The notes under the pieces are model-generated. The model did not search any database. It saw nothing but the letters and a program-made list of their open reading frames with translations, and was not told the DNA's origin. Of a stretch of DNA of 64,000 nucleotides, positions 36,200 through 46,660 are shown one piece after another. The position numbers were made by a program, and so were the translations under genes. Origin of the DNA: an uncultured Planctomycetia bacterium (GTDB lineage Bacteria > Omnitrophota > Gorgyraeia > Tantalellales > Tantalellaceae); NCBI GenBank assembly GCA_964565425.1, contig CAZMEZ010000004.1:24907-88906 (forward strand). Reading direction: 5' to 3'. The number at the start of each line of letters is the position of its first letter. The stretch's first letter is position 1.

Positions 36200-37942
36200 A
36201 TGGAACGATCGGGTAAAGAACTGATAATACTTGTGGATAAGGCCGGGCTGGCGGCCGCAGGCCGTTCGCTCCTGGAAAGGTGCGATCGTGTTGCCATGAC
36301 CCCGGACGCGATACTCGCCTTAGAGGAAGAAGGTCTGTCCTTTTCCACGTTCGACGATATTTACGGGTACAGGCAGTTTCGCGAGGACAACCTAAGGATG
36401 ATGGATGAGACGGAAGACCTGTTCAGGGATCTGGACAGGAAATACAGCGCGTCTTTGGAGTATCCCCGCGCTTTTACGGGCAATATACTGTGGTTCCTGG
36501 TGTTCTTTGCCAACGCCCTTTATCTTTCGAAAGTGTGCCGGTGGGCTAAGAACAACTATACTAAGGTCCATTTGGCCGGTAGCGCTAAGTACGACAGGCC
36601 GCTCAGGATAGACCTGGATTTCTCCGAAAGGGGGCTCGCGTTCTGCGATTTTAACCGGGAACTGGCCAGCAAGGTCAGCATGCTGAGGGATGTTTTATCC
36701 CCGGATTGTTACTGGAGCGCCAATGCCCCCCAAAGGGGCGCCGGACGGCCCGTCGGTAGACAACAGCTGTTATTTTCCGCGAGGCAGACGGTCAAAAAGC
36801 CTTTAGTCAGAGCGAGAGCGTTTTTTGAAGAACATTCAGGTAAAGATAAGGATGTCATATTCGTAGTGCGGGACAGCAATGAAGTGAATTTCGTAAAAAG
36901 ACACATGGGGGATGTTGCTCTCAAGAAACCGCTCAAGAGAATGCTCGAGGACGCGTTCGAAGGGCGTTTGGAGAAGCAGGATATCGAATGCTCTTTCGAA
37001 ACAGAGATCCGGAGTTTCGCGTTGAAATGGTTCCCGGAATTCGAAAAGCGCGTCCTGGAAGCGTTCGAGGCCTATTTTGAAAAAGCGGTTCGCTGTCTCC
37101 GGGCATTTATGGACAAAGTAGAGGAAGCGTTCAAAGCGGACTCCCCGAAGGCGGTGTTCTATTCGTTTTCCCCCAACAGGGTATACGAGGACGTGCTCGC
37201 TTACGCGGCGAACGAGAGGAACATACCCGTGTTCGCTTTCTGGCATGTCGGTTCTCATGAAAAAGACAAGGATATTTACGCGAAGTACCTGGAGAGCAAT
37301 GAAAACGTGAAAATGGATGTCCTGGAGGTAAGCAAATTCTACAACCTGCATCTGGACCGGAAGAGCGGCAGGGGCAAAGGTATTTTATACTTCCCCGGGA
37401 TCTTTAATTCATACAACTACAAGGATCTCATGGTCAACGTTCCCGATAGAGCGCTTTTTGAGGTTACCAGGGACATAGTGGAGGTTGTCGGCGAGTTCGG
37501 CGCGGAGATGGATATAAAGATACACCCTAATGACGAAGAATACAATTATACGTATTTCAGCAACCTGCTGAAGGCAAAGGGGGCCGGGAACATCGGCATA
37601 CTCAGGGGATTCCCGGCGGAAAAGATAATGAAGCATTACAGTCTCTTTATATTCGATTACGCCGGGACCAGCTTGATACCGGCTGCCGGGGTTTTCGACA
37701 CGCCGGCTATATTGTATATAACCGACGATAGTGTTTTGAGGGAGAAAGCGATCCCGGACCTGGAGAGAAAGTTCCATATGGCTCGGCACAGATCCGATCT
37801 TGTGAAGCACATTAGCCTTTATGTGCAGGGAAAACTGGAAACAAAAATAACGGGTGAGCACGCTTTCCCGGCAGGGGAAGAAGCCCCTTGCGTTAAGATG
37901 GCAGGGTATGTGAAGAGCGTGATCGATACCGTAAAAACCTGA
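36200..37942 (+). CDS. hypothetical protein; possible GT-B-like transferase distantly related to 29491-30996
   Basis: No family recognised. DIKIHPND ... IFDYAGTSLIPAAGVFDTPAILYITDD has the same motif order as the other orphan. Confidence 0.25.
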   Translation: MERSGKELIILVDKAGLAAAGRSLLERCDRVAMTPDAILALEEEGLSFSTFDDIYGYRQFREDNLRMMDETEDLFRDLDRKYSASLEYPRAFTGNILWFLVFFANALYLSKVCRWAKNNYTKVHLAGSAKYDRPLRIDLDFSERGLAFCDFNRELASKVSMLRDVLSPDCYWSANAPQRGAGRPVGRQQLLFSARQTVKKPLVRARAFFEEHSGKDKDVIFVVRDSNEVNFVKRHMGDVALKKPLKRMLEDAFEGRLEKQDIECSFETEIRSFALKWFPEFEKRVLEAFEAYFEKAVRCLRAFMDKVEEAFKADSPKAVFYSFSPNRVYEDVLAYAANERNIPVFAFWHVGSHEKDKDIYAKYLESNENVKMDVLEVSKFYNLHLDRKSGRGKGILYFPGIFNSYNYKDLMVNVPDRALFEVTRDIVEVVGEFGAEMDIKIHPNDEEYNYTYFSNLLKAKGAGNIGILRGFPAEKIMKHYSLFIFDYAGTSLIPAAGVFDTPAILYITDDSVLREKAIPDLERKFHMARHRSDLVKHISLYVQGKLETKITGEHAFPAGEEAPCVKMAGYVKSVIDTVKT

Positions 37943-39649
37943 ATGGAGCGGCCTAAAATGGAAAAAATAAGAGATATACGCGAAGCTTTTGAAAGACCGG
38001 GATTGGCCCGGATAGTCGGGGCGCACGACGGGCTTACGGCGAAGCTTGTGGAGAAGAACGATTTTGACGGGGTGTGGGCGAGCGGCCTCGAGATATCCGC
38101 TTCCTACGCTATCCCCGACGCCAGCATTCTCACGATGTCGCAATACCTGGAAAGGGCCTGTGAAATGAAAGACGCGGTATCGATCCCCGTCGTCGCGGAC
38201 TGCGATACCGGATACGGCAATTCAAACAACGTGATACACATGATCAAGAAGTATGAAGCGGCGGGGATCTCCGGAGTATGCATAGAGGATAAGAGGTTCC
38301 CCAAAGTGAACAGCCTTCTCGCGGAAGGAAGGCAGGAGCTCGCTCCGATAGCCGAATTCGTGGGCAAGATAATGGCCGCGAAGAACGCCCAATGCTCGGA
38401 AAGGTTCATGGTAATAGCGAGGGTGGAAGCCCTTATAGCCGGGTGGGGGGAGCAGGAAGCCCTTCTCAGGGCCGAAAAATACGCCGAGGCCGGGGCGGAT
38501 GCCATCCTGATACATTCCAAGGCGAATACCGCCGATGAAGTCATAAGTTTCGCCCGAAAGTGGGACAGGAGGCTGCCTTTGGTCATAGTGCCTACCAATT
38601 ATCCGTCGGTCATGATGGATCTTGGTGAGAAGGAGCTGCTTGATCTGGGCATAAAAATGGTGATCTTCGCGAATCAGGGATTAAGAAGCGCTATCAGGGC
38701 CATAAACGACACTTTCGCCGAGATAAAACAGGCGGGAGGCATACATACGGTGGATGGGAAGATCGTCAGTCTTGATGAAGTTTTCCACCTGCAGGGCATG
38801 ACCGATTTCAAGAAGCAGGAGAAGGAATACCTGAAGTCGGAGAATGAAGATGTTGCCGTTATCATGCCCGCTGCCGGGAAACCGGCCCACCAGGATTCCA
38901 TCGTGCCGCTGCTCACGGACAGGCCGCTTTGCATGATAGATATCAACGGGAAGACCCTGCTTGAAAGGAATCTGAACACCCTGAAGGAATTGCGTATCAA
39001 GAACGTGAATATGGTTGTCGGCTACAAGAAAGAGAGCATCCTCAAGGGGCTCGACCTGGACGGCATAAATCTCATCACGAACGACGATTACAGGACCAAA
39101 CACCTGCTCCATTCCATCATGCTTGCCGAGCGGGAGATGAAAGACAGGACGCTTATAGTCTACGCCGACATACTGTTCGATAAGAATCTCGTCAGCAGGA
39201 TCCTGGGTCTCAAGGAGGACATAGTCCTGGTGGGGGATAACACCTACAAGAAGTATGGGAAACGCAACAAGAAACTCGAGCTGATCAAAACATCCGAACC
39301 CATGACCACCGGCAAACGGGAGATCGCCAACGACGAACTTTTTAGCGTGGAGAGGATCGGCAGGGAAGTGGACGAGGCACCCTCGAATTTTGAATTCGCG
39401 GGCATAGCTTATTTGTCAAGGAAAGGGACGCAGTCGCTGAAAAGACTTTATTGCGAAAGGAAAAAAGAATTGGAAGGCGGGGACGAAAGGTTCCATGAAG
39501 CCGGGGGTTTCGACCAGGCGTCATTTACGGATATAATACAGGAAGCGATCGACAGCGGGATTTCGGTAAAGGTGTTGCCCGTGAATTCCGGTTGGATGGA
39601 GATACATGAATTCGAGGATTACAGGTTCGCCTGTGAAAAGATAAAGTAA
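37943..39649 (+). CDS. pepM: phosphoenolpyruvate mutase fused to a C-terminal nucleotidyl(cytidylyl)transferase domain
   Basis: IVGAHDGLTAKL, ADCDTGYGN and the diagnostic EDK-x5-NS motif (EDKRFPKVNS, nt 38285-38314). From about aa 303 (nt about 38849) an NTase fold begins (VAVIMPAAGKPAH...). Confidence 0.85.
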   Translation: MERPKMEKIRDIREAFERPGLARIVGAHDGLTAKLVEKNDFDGVWASGLEISASYAIPDASILTMSQYLERACEMKDAVSIPVVADCDTGYGNSNNVIHMIKKYEAAGISGVCIEDKRFPKVNSLLAEGRQELAPIAEFVGKIMAAKNAQCSERFMVIARVEALIAGWGEQEALLRAEKYAEAGADAILIHSKANTADEVISFARKWDRRLPLVIVPTNYPSVMMDLGEKELLDLGIKMVIFANQGLRSAIRAINDTFAEIKQAGGIHTVDGKIVSLDEVFHLQGMTDFKKQEKEYLKSENEDVAVIMPAAGKPAHQDSIVPLLTDRPLCMIDINGKTLLERNLNTLKELRIKNVNMVVGYKKESILKGLDLDGINLITNDDYRTKHLLHSIMLAEREMKDRTLIVYADILFDKNLVSRILGLKEDIVLVGDNTYKKYGKRNKKLELIKTSEPMTTGKREIANDELFSVERIGREVDEAPSNFEFAGIAYLSRKGTQSLKRLYCERKKELEGGDERFHEAGGFDQASFTDIIQEAIDSGISVKVLPVNSGWMEIHEFEDYRFACEKIK

Positions 39650-39662
39650 GGGGAAAAAGGAT

Positions 39663-41213
39663 ATGGCCAGGAAAGGAAAGATTTTGATCATGTCCCCGAA
39701 CCTCAAAGGGGTGAAAGGCGGCGTCAACCGTATCCAGCCGAGCCTCGGCGTGGGGTATCTGGCGGCGGTCCTCGAGAGAGAGGGGCATGAGGTCCACATA
39801 CGCGACACGGCGCTCGAAGGGCACGGCAATGAAGTGCTTCTGGAGGACGGGAAGACGATCATGAGGGGGGAATCGGACGCCGAGATCGCGAAATACGTCT
39901 CATCCCTCGGTCCGGATATCGTGGGGATCTCGGTCCTTTTTTCCAATCTCGCGGAACATGCCCATAAGATCGCGAAGATCGTAAAGGAAACGGATCCGGA
40001 TATCAAAGTCGTCATGGGCGGCAATCACATAACCAATTCCGCCCGGGACTATATCTATGCCCTTACGCCGGGAAACGAAGATTCGAATCTCGGCAGGATC
40101 TTTTCCGATATGGAAGACCGTAATATCGATTACGCCATGGCCGGCGAATGTGATTTCCAGTTCGCGGAACTGGTGGACGCTTTATTGAACAAAAAGGACC
40201 CGAAAAACATCGCCGGACTTGTTTACAGGAAGCCCGGGTGCGGGACGCCGGACGCGAACGTTACGGTCAATCCCAATTTCTCGGACAGGCCGGATATAAG
40301 GAGATTGCCGCATCCCGCGCGGCATCTCATGAACATGGAAGGATATTTCAAAATAGATCTTTTTCATTCGACCAAATCGCATTCGGAAAGGGTCCTCAAC
40401 GTCATGGCGGCGCGGGGTTGCCCGGAAAAGTGCGCTTTTTGCACCACTCCTTCTACGTGGGGCAACAGGATCAGGTGGAGGGATCCCCTGGATATTTACG
40501 AGGAGATCGTCTCATGCGTCGAAAGATACGGCATCGGAGAGATCCAGTTTGAGGACGATACGTTAACAAGCAGCAAAGCGCACATAATGGACCTGTGCGA
40601 ACTCATGGAACCCCTGGGCATCCCGTGGTGTACCCCGAACGGGACGAAGGTCAATTATTACATGGAACACCAGCTCGAGATGTTCAGGAGAATGGCGAAG
40701 GCCGGATGCTACCAGGTAACGTTCGGGTGTGAAAGCGGAGTGCAACGGGTACTTGACCGGATAGTCCGCAAGAATCTGCGTATCGAACAGATACCGCGCG
40801 CCATAGATAACGCTAAAAAAGCCGGCCTTTTGGTGCATACCTTCTGGATCGTCGGGTTCCCGGGCGAGACCAGGCGGGAGATGGAAGAGACCGTGGAATT
40901 CGCCGCACGGGCCGGAGCTGACAGTTATTCTATATCCACTTTCTCGCCTTTGCCCGGCACGCCCATTTACAGGCAGGTCGTAAAGGAGAATCTCTGGTGG
41001 GACCCTGAAGTCAGGACGAAAGACATGCTTTTCAGGAATTCCCTTATCAGGGTCGACGAGTTCAGCGGTCCGGAGGAATTCCAGGCGTGGGTGGACGAGA
41101 AGAACGCCCATCTTAACGGTCTACTTGAAGAAAAGGACCCGGAGCGGGCGAAATGGGTGCGCGAGAGCAATGCGAGACGCCTCAGGCACGAGGCGAAGTT
41201 CAAATATACCTGA
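39663..41213 (+). CDS. B12-binding-domain radical SAM protein (paralogue 2; Fom3/PhpK-like by context)
   Basis: B12-domain N-terminus and ARGCPEKCAFCTT. It is wedged between pepM and ppd. Confidence 0.8.
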   Translation: MARKGKILIMSPNLKGVKGGVNRIQPSLGVGYLAAVLEREGHEVHIRDTALEGHGNEVLLEDGKTIMRGESDAEIAKYVSSLGPDIVGISVLFSNLAEHAHKIAKIVKETDPDIKVVMGGNHITNSARDYIYALTPGNEDSNLGRIFSDMEDRNIDYAMAGECDFQFAELVDALLNKKDPKNIAGLVYRKPGCGTPDANVTVNPNFSDRPDIRRLPHPARHLMNMEGYFKIDLFHSTKSHSERVLNVMAARGCPEKCAFCTTPSTWGNRIRWRDPLDIYEEIVSCVERYGIGEIQFEDDTLTSSKAHIMDLCELMEPLGIPWCTPNGTKVNYYMEHQLEMFRRMAKAGCYQVTFGCESGVQRVLDRIVRKNLRIEQIPRAIDNAKKAGLLVHTFWIVGFPGETRREMEETVEFAARAGADSYSISTFSPLPGTPIYRQVVKENLWWDPEVRTKDMLFRNSLIRVDEFSGPEEFQAWVDEKNAHLNGLLEEKDPERAKWVRESNARRLRHEAKFKYT

Positions 41214-41234
41214 TCTTACAAAGGATGATCGAAG

Positions 41235-42392
41235 ATGATAGATTGTTCGGATTTTTTTGAAGCGCTTAAAAACAGGAACCTGGCCTTTTTCACGGGCGTT
41301 CCGGATTCTTTGCTCAAGGATATCTGCGCCTGTATTTCCGATAATACGGGACCGGGAAACAACATCATCGCGGCGAATGAAGGGAACGCCGTCGCTTTGG
41401 CTGCCGGTTATCACCTGGCTACAGGAGAGATAGGCACCGTATACATGCAGAATTCAGGGCAAGGGAACGCGGTCAACCCCTTGACCTCCCTGGCGGACCC
41501 CGACGTTTACGGGATACCCATGCTGATGATCATCGCCTGGAGGGGTGAACCCGGAGGGAAGGACGAACCGCAGCATCTTAAACAGGGAAAGATCACATTG
41601 GAGATGCTCGACACCCTTAATATTCCTTATTCTGTTTTGCCGGAGGACACGATGGGATCCGGGAAGGTCCTGGATAGAGCTGTTGGATATATGGGGGACA
41701 AAAAGGCTCCGTACGCGTTGATCGTCAGGAAGGGCATTTTTGGGCCATATGTTACGCGGGACGTTGATATGCCGACCGGCGGACTTATGAAAGAAGAAGC
41801 GCTTAAACTCGTGGTCGGGAGTGTAGGGGAGCGGGACGTGATCGTCTCCACGACGGGAACGACCTCGAGAGAACTCTTCGAGCACAGGAAAGAGATCAAA
41901 GAAGGCCAGGGGAGGGATTTCTTGACAGTCGGTTCCATGGGGCATGCTTCCTCCATTGCTTTGGGGATAGCGCTCAGGAAGAAGGAACGGGATATTTATT
42001 GTCTGGACGGCGACGGGGCGGCCATCATGCACATGGGAGCGCTCGCCGTTATAGGCGACCAGTGCCCCCAGAACTTCAGACACATCATTTTTAATAACGG
42101 GGCCCATGATTCCGTGGGAGGGCAACCGACTGCCGGGTTCAGGATCGATTTTCCGGCTATCGCCATGGCTTGCGGGTACAAGGCGGCATTCAAGGCGGAA
42201 AACGCGGAGGAGATAGTGGAAAAGATGTCTTTATTGCGGGAGATTGACGGCCCGGCCCTGTTGGAAATAAGGGTAAGGAAAGGCTCGAGAAAGGACCTGG
42301 GACGTCCTTCGGTATCGCCGGTAGAAGGGAAAAAAGCTTTTATGGATTTTTTGTTCGAAAAGGATAAAGATCGCCAATCTCCGGAGGGATAG
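41235..42392 (+). CDS. ppd: phosphonopyruvate decarboxylase
   Basis: MIDCSDFFEALKNRNLAFFTGVPDSLLK start typical of Ppd/AepY, and the ThDP motif GDGAAIMHMG...NNGAHDS. Confidence 0.8.
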   Translation: MIDCSDFFEALKNRNLAFFTGVPDSLLKDICACISDNTGPGNNIIAANEGNAVALAAGYHLATGEIGTVYMQNSGQGNAVNPLTSLADPDVYGIPMLMIIAWRGEPGGKDEPQHLKQGKITLEMLDTLNIPYSVLPEDTMGSGKVLDRAVGYMGDKKAPYALIVRKGIFGPYVTRDVDMPTGGLMKEEALKLVVGSVGERDVIVSTTGTTSRELFEHRKEIKEGQGRDFLTVGSMGHASSIALGIALRKKERDIYCLDGDGAAIMHMGALAVIGDQCPQNFRHIIFNNGAHDSVGGQPTAGFRIDFPAIAMACGYKAAFKAENAEEIVEKMSLLREIDGPALLEIRVRKGSRKDLGRPSVSPVEGKKAFMDFLFEKDKDRQSPEG

Positions 42393-43513
42393 TGTTGAAT
42401 TATCGCATGCCGACGAACATAAATTTTGGTAAAGATTGCCTGGCCGGTCTGGCCGATGTTATCGCGCCTGGCCCGGCGGGGAAAGTCCTTGTTTTCACGG
42501 GAACAGGATCGGCTAAAATTTCAGGCGCTCTTGACCGTATAACCGGGATATTGTCCGGGTGCAACCCGGTCTTTTTTGAAGGTATAGAGCCCGATCCCGC
42601 CTTAGAGAGCCTGGAAAGAGGCATAGAAGTGTGCAGGCGGGAGGTCCCGGACCTCATCATAGCGGTCGGCGGAGGCAGCGTTATCGATTACGCGAAAGCG
42701 GTTTCCGTCCTGGCGGGGGAAGAAGGGGAAGTGTCGGATTTCTTCAGGGGCGGACGGAAACTAAAAGGCGGCAGGGCCGCGTTTATCGCGGTCCCGACCA
42801 CTTTCGGCACTTCGAGCGAGATAACCCCTTACGCGGTGATGACCGATACGGTAAACGGTATCAAGATCACCCTGGAAGACGCGAGCATATTCCCGGACCG
42901 GGCGTTCATTGACCCGAAATTTACCTTGACGATGCCGGAAGAGCTCGTGGCCGCCTCCTGCGCGGATCTCCTGTCCCACGCTGTCGAGGCGTACTGGAAC
43001 GTGAACGCCACGGAACTCACGGATATTTTCGCGTTGCAGGCCATAAGAACTTTCATGGGATCCTACAAGCGGACGTTCGAATCCCCCGCCGATACGGCAG
43101 CCAGGGGAAGGATAGTCCTGGCGGGCATATGCGCCGGATTGGCTTTTTCGAACACCAGGACAACGGCGTGCCACTCCATCTCATATCCGATGACCGCTGT
43201 CTTCGGCGTGCCTCACGGCATGGCATGCGTTTTAACGCTGGGCGAGATGCTGGAGTTCAATTCGACGGCTAGCGGGGAAAAGCTCCTGGCGTTGTGCGGC
43301 GCCATGGATTGCGGTGATGTGCGGGAAGCGAAACAGAAAATAGGATCTATCCTGAAAGATCTGCGCATTAAAACAAGATTAAGGGATTACGGCCTGAAAA
43401 AGGGCGATCTTGCCCTTATCCTGGACAAGGGGTTCACCCCGGAGAGGATGGCGAACAATCCCGGTAAGGTCACCAGGGACGACCTGGAAAAAATGCTGGA
43501 GAGGATATATTGA
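42392..43513 (+). CDS. iron-containing (group III) alcohol dehydrogenase; phosphonoacetaldehyde reductase by context
   Basis: GGGSVIDYAKA and the metal His cluster HSISYPMTAVFGVPHG. The start is uncertain (GTG 42392, TTG 42395 or ATG 42407). Confidence 0.7.
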   Translation: MLNYRMPTNINFGKDCLAGLADVIAPGPAGKVLVFTGTGSAKISGALDRITGILSGCNPVFFEGIEPDPALESLERGIEVCRREVPDLIIAVGGGSVIDYAKAVSVLAGEEGEVSDFFRGGRKLKGGRAAFIAVPTTFGTSSEITPYAVMTDTVNGIKITLEDASIFPDRAFIDPKFTLTMPEELVAASCADLLSHAVEAYWNVNATELTDIFALQAIRTFMGSYKRTFESPADTAARGRIVLAGICAGLAFSNTRTTACHSISYPMTAVFGVPHGMACVLTLGEMLEFNSTASGEKLLALCGAMDCGDVREAKQKIGSILKDLRIKTRLRDYGLKKGDLALILDKGFTPERMANNPGKVTRDDLEKMLERIY

Positions 43514-45000
43514 TGAAGAGACCCGAACAATTCAAGGTGCTGCTGGTCCTGGCTAACGGCTACATGGACTCACTGATACCGCCGAACATCTCGCTCTTGT
43601 CGGCCTACCTGAAGAGAGAAGCTTTCCAGGTAAGGCTTTTCGACACCGTTTTTTATAAAACAAAGGAAAAAACAGGCGACGATGTCCGGTATGAAACGCT
43701 GCAGGTCAAATCGGCTAACGTGGCCGAGTATGGCGTTACGCGCAAAGACGGTGACCTGATCGGGGATTTCAGAAAAGCCGTACTGGAATACGAACCTGAC
43801 CTCGTAGCGCTGTCGACGATAGAGGCTACGCATCCCCTGGGCATGTCGCTCCTGCGGAGCATAAGCGATATCGAGGTTGAAAAAATAGTAGGGGGGATAT
43901 ATACCACTATCAGCCCGGATGAAGTGATAAATGAAGATTGCGTCGATATCATCTGTATCGCTGAAGGGGACAACGCGCTGATCGAGCTGTGTCACAGGAT
44001 GAGGAAGGGAGAGGATTATTCCGATATCCGGAACCTGTGGGTAAAAAAGAACGGTTCGGTGTCCCGGAATGAACTGGCCACCCCCGTAGATATAAATAAA
44101 ATGCCCTTCCAGGACTGGTCGATATTCGACAAAAAACGTCTGTACAAGTCCATGGGGGGAAGGGTCAATATCACGGGATGCATCGAGCTGAACAGGGGAT
44201 GTCCTTATAACTGTACTTACTGCTGCAACGCGAAATTGCATGAACTGTACGAGAACAGGTTCTACCGGGAGCGGGATGTGAAGAACTTCGTGGCGGAAGT
44301 TGTGGAAAAAAAGGAAAAATACGACCTGGGTTATGTCTATGTAGCCGCCGAATCTTTCTTGACGACAAGAGAAGAAAGGTTCGAAGAATTCATCAAGCTG
44401 TACGGGGACGTGAAGATCCCGTTCTGGGTGCAGTCAAGGCCCGAGGCGATCCGGGAAGAAAGGATAGTCAAACTGGGATCCGTCGGCTGCGAGGGTTTGA
44501 GCGTAGGGGTCGAGAGCGGTAACGAGGAATACAGGAGGGACGTGTTGAACAGGAGGATGAGCAACGATGATATCGTCAGGGCGTTCAAGGTCCTGAGCAG
44601 GCATCCGGAGATCAGGAATTGCGCGAACAGCGTGATCGGGTTCCCCGACGAGACCAGGGGGCATATCTTTGAGACCATAGAATTGATCAAGAGGGTGCAG
44701 CCGAGGAACGTGATGGTCCACATATTCAACCCCTACAGGGGCACCAAACTGCACGATATATGCGTGGAAAAAAATTACCTGTCGAAGGACAGTCTGTGCG
44801 GGGACTACAGGATGGACGTGGCCATTGAGAATCCCAACCTGACCAAAGAAGAGATCAGGGGATTGCAGAGGACGTTCGCGTTATACGTGAGGTTCCCGGA
44901 GAACCGTTATAAGGAAATAGAACGCGCCGAGAAATTCGACAAAGAGGGTAATGAGTTGTTCGGGAAATTAAGCGTGGAATTCAAAAGCAAGTATTTATGA
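43513..45000 (+). CDS. B12-binding-domain radical SAM protein (paralogue 3)
   Basis: B12-domain N-terminus and NRGCPYNCTYCCN. ATG 43513 overlaps the ADH stop by 1 nt (the track gives TTG 43510). Confidence 0.85.
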   Translation: MKRPEQFKVLLVLANGYMDSLIPPNISLLSAYLKREAFQVRLFDTVFYKTKEKTGDDVRYETLQVKSANVAEYGVTRKDGDLIGDFRKAVLEYEPDLVALSTIEATHPLGMSLLRSISDIEVEKIVGGIYTTISPDEVINEDCVDIICIAEGDNALIELCHRMRKGEDYSDIRNLWVKKNGSVSRNELATPVDINKMPFQDWSIFDKKRLYKSMGGRVNITGCIELNRGCPYNCTYCCNAKLHELYENRFYRERDVKNFVAEVVEKKEKYDLGYVYVAAESFLTTREERFEEFIKLYGDVKIPFWVQSRPEAIREERIVKLGSVGCEGLSVGVESGNEEYRRDVLNRRMSNDDIVRAFKVLSRHPEIRNCANSVIGFPDETRGHIFETIELIKRVQPRNVMVHIFNPYRGTKLHDICVEKNYLSKDSLCGDYRMDVAIENPNLTKEEIRGLQRTFALYVRFPENRYKEIERAEKFDKEGNELFGKLSVEFKSKYL

Positions 45001-45019
45001 TACCGCGAAGGATCTATCG

Positions 45020-45739
45020 ATGAAAGCAGTTATAGTAGCGGCAGGAAGATCGAGCAGGTTGTATCCATTGACCCTGGACACGCCGAAACCTCTCCTGGAG
45101 GTCAACGGCAGGTCCATCATCGAGCGTTCCATTTCCAATCTTCGCCGGAACGGCATAGACGAGATCGGGGTAGTGGTCGGCTATCTGCGGGAACGGTTCC
45201 TTGAAGCGCTGAAGGACGGGGTGACGTTCATCGATAACCCGCGTTACGCGACCACGAACAACATGGCTTCCCTCTGGTATGCCAGGGATTTCGTGGGGGG
45301 TGACGAGTTCGTGTATCTGCACGGGGACGTAGTGTACCACCCGGACATACTTGAAGATTGCCTGAGGTGCGACGGTGATATCACCCTGATGGTCGACAAA
45401 AAGAAGTGCGACGAAGAGGACATGAAGGTAAGGGTTGCGGGTGACCGCTTCCTGGGATCCAGCAAGGACATACCGGTGAATGAGTCCTACGGGGAGTGGA
45501 TAGGGATCGCTAAATTTTCCGCCAAGGGCGGGAGCCTGGTATTCAGCGAAATAGACAAGGTGCTGGACGACGGGAAGAACAACGCTTATGACACCTATGC
45601 TTTTACGGGACTGGCCATGCGGGATCACCCGATAGATATCTGCCATACGCGGGGCTTGTCCTGGGTCGAAATAGATTTTCCGGAAGAACTGGAAAGAGCA
45701 AAGAAGATATGCCTGGCCATGGAGAAAGAGGGGGAATGA
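45020..45739 (+). CDS. LicC-like sugar/alcohol-phosphate nucleotidyltransferase
   Basis: MKAVIVAAGRSSRLYPLTLDTPKPLLEVNGRSIIE NTase signature. Confidence 0.8.
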   Translation: MKAVIVAAGRSSRLYPLTLDTPKPLLEVNGRSIIERSISNLRRNGIDEIGVVVGYLRERFLEALKDGVTFIDNPRYATTNNMASLWYARDFVGGDEFVYLHGDVVYHPDILEDCLRCDGDITLMVDKKKCDEEDMKVRVAGDRFLGSSKDIPVNESYGEWIGIAKFSAKGGSLVFSEIDKVLDDGKNNAYDTYAFTGLAMRDHPIDICHTRGLSWVEIDFPEELERAKKICLAMEKEGE

Positions 45740-46653
45740 TGAGGTCCTTGAAGGATATCAGGAAAATGCAGTACGAGTATCATTACGAACATGAGATGTG
45801 CCAGTTCTTCAGGGATTGGAAGAAGGCCCCGTACTCGTATTTCAGGGGTATCATGTGGATGGAGATGAGCTCGTTCGTCGTTTATATCCTGCAGAGAACG
45901 AAGGTCACGCCCAATGCCCTCTCGGTCGCTTATTGCCTGTCCGGATTGGCCGGCGGGGTCCTGCTGGCTATCCCGATGAAGGCGACCATCCTTGCCGCTG
46001 TCTTTGTGTTCTTTTTTAAGGCGATATTCGACTGGTGCGACGGCTTGCTCGCGCGCGTAACGCGCAAATTCTCTCTTGTAGGGGATATACTGGATTGCTA
46101 CGGTGCCATTTTGGGAGCCATGGGGCTTGAGATAGGACTGGGATTCTATGTAGCCCACAGATCCGGCATGGCCCTGTATTACTATCTTATACCTCTTATT
46201 CCCTTATTTTTCTTTGGTAAGCTGCACTCGTTCGTGTTTCACATATTTTACAAGAACTATATTACGACCCCGAGATTGAAGGAACTTTTCGGCAAACAGG
46301 CGCGGGATCACGCGGCACAGGCCGCCGGCAGCGGTCCGGAAAAGGTCCTTAGCGGGGGGTTCGAAAAAATAAGGAATTTCATCAACAATTTTCTGGATCA
46401 TCGTTCCAGGACCATAGATCTTATATGCCTGTTGCTTTTGGTGGAGCAGTTCACGCCCGTTTTCGTCACATGGATAGTGTTCCTGGGGTTTGTGATCAAG
46501 GAATTTCTGTTGTTCTCGGCTTCGTTCTATGTCGTAGCGAGGCGCGGGTGGGCGGAAAAAGAGATGGAAAAGAAACTTGCAGAGATATCGGGATCTTTCC
46601 CGCGGGGGGCGGAAAAGAGCGGCGCCGAAGTTCCGGTATCGCCGGAGGAGTGA
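45736..46653 (+). CDS. CDP-alcohol phosphatidyltransferase-family membrane protein (variant motif)
   Basis: Multi-TM protein. The motif FDWCDGLLAR-x8-G-x3-D-x3-A (nt 46030-46107) matches D-x2-DG-x2-AR-x8-G-x3-D-x3-D except that the last Asp is Ala. The ATGA overlaps the upstream gene (the track gives 45709). Confidence 0.6.
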   Translation: MMRSLKDIRKMQYEYHYEHEMCQFFRDWKKAPYSYFRGIMWMEMSSFVVYILQRTKVTPNALSVAYCLSGLAGGVLLAIPMKATILAAVFVFFFKAIFDWCDGLLARVTRKFSLVGDILDCYGAILGAMGLEIGLGFYVAHRSGMALYYYLIPLIPLFFFGKLHSFVFHIFYKNYITTPRLKELFGKQARDHAAQAAGSGPEKVLSGGFEKIRNFINNFLDHRSRTIDLICLLLLVEQFTPVFVTWIVFLGFVIKEFLLFSASFYVVARRGWAEKEMEKKLAEISGSFPRGAEKSGAEVPVSPEE

Positions 46654-46660
46654 TCAATCC

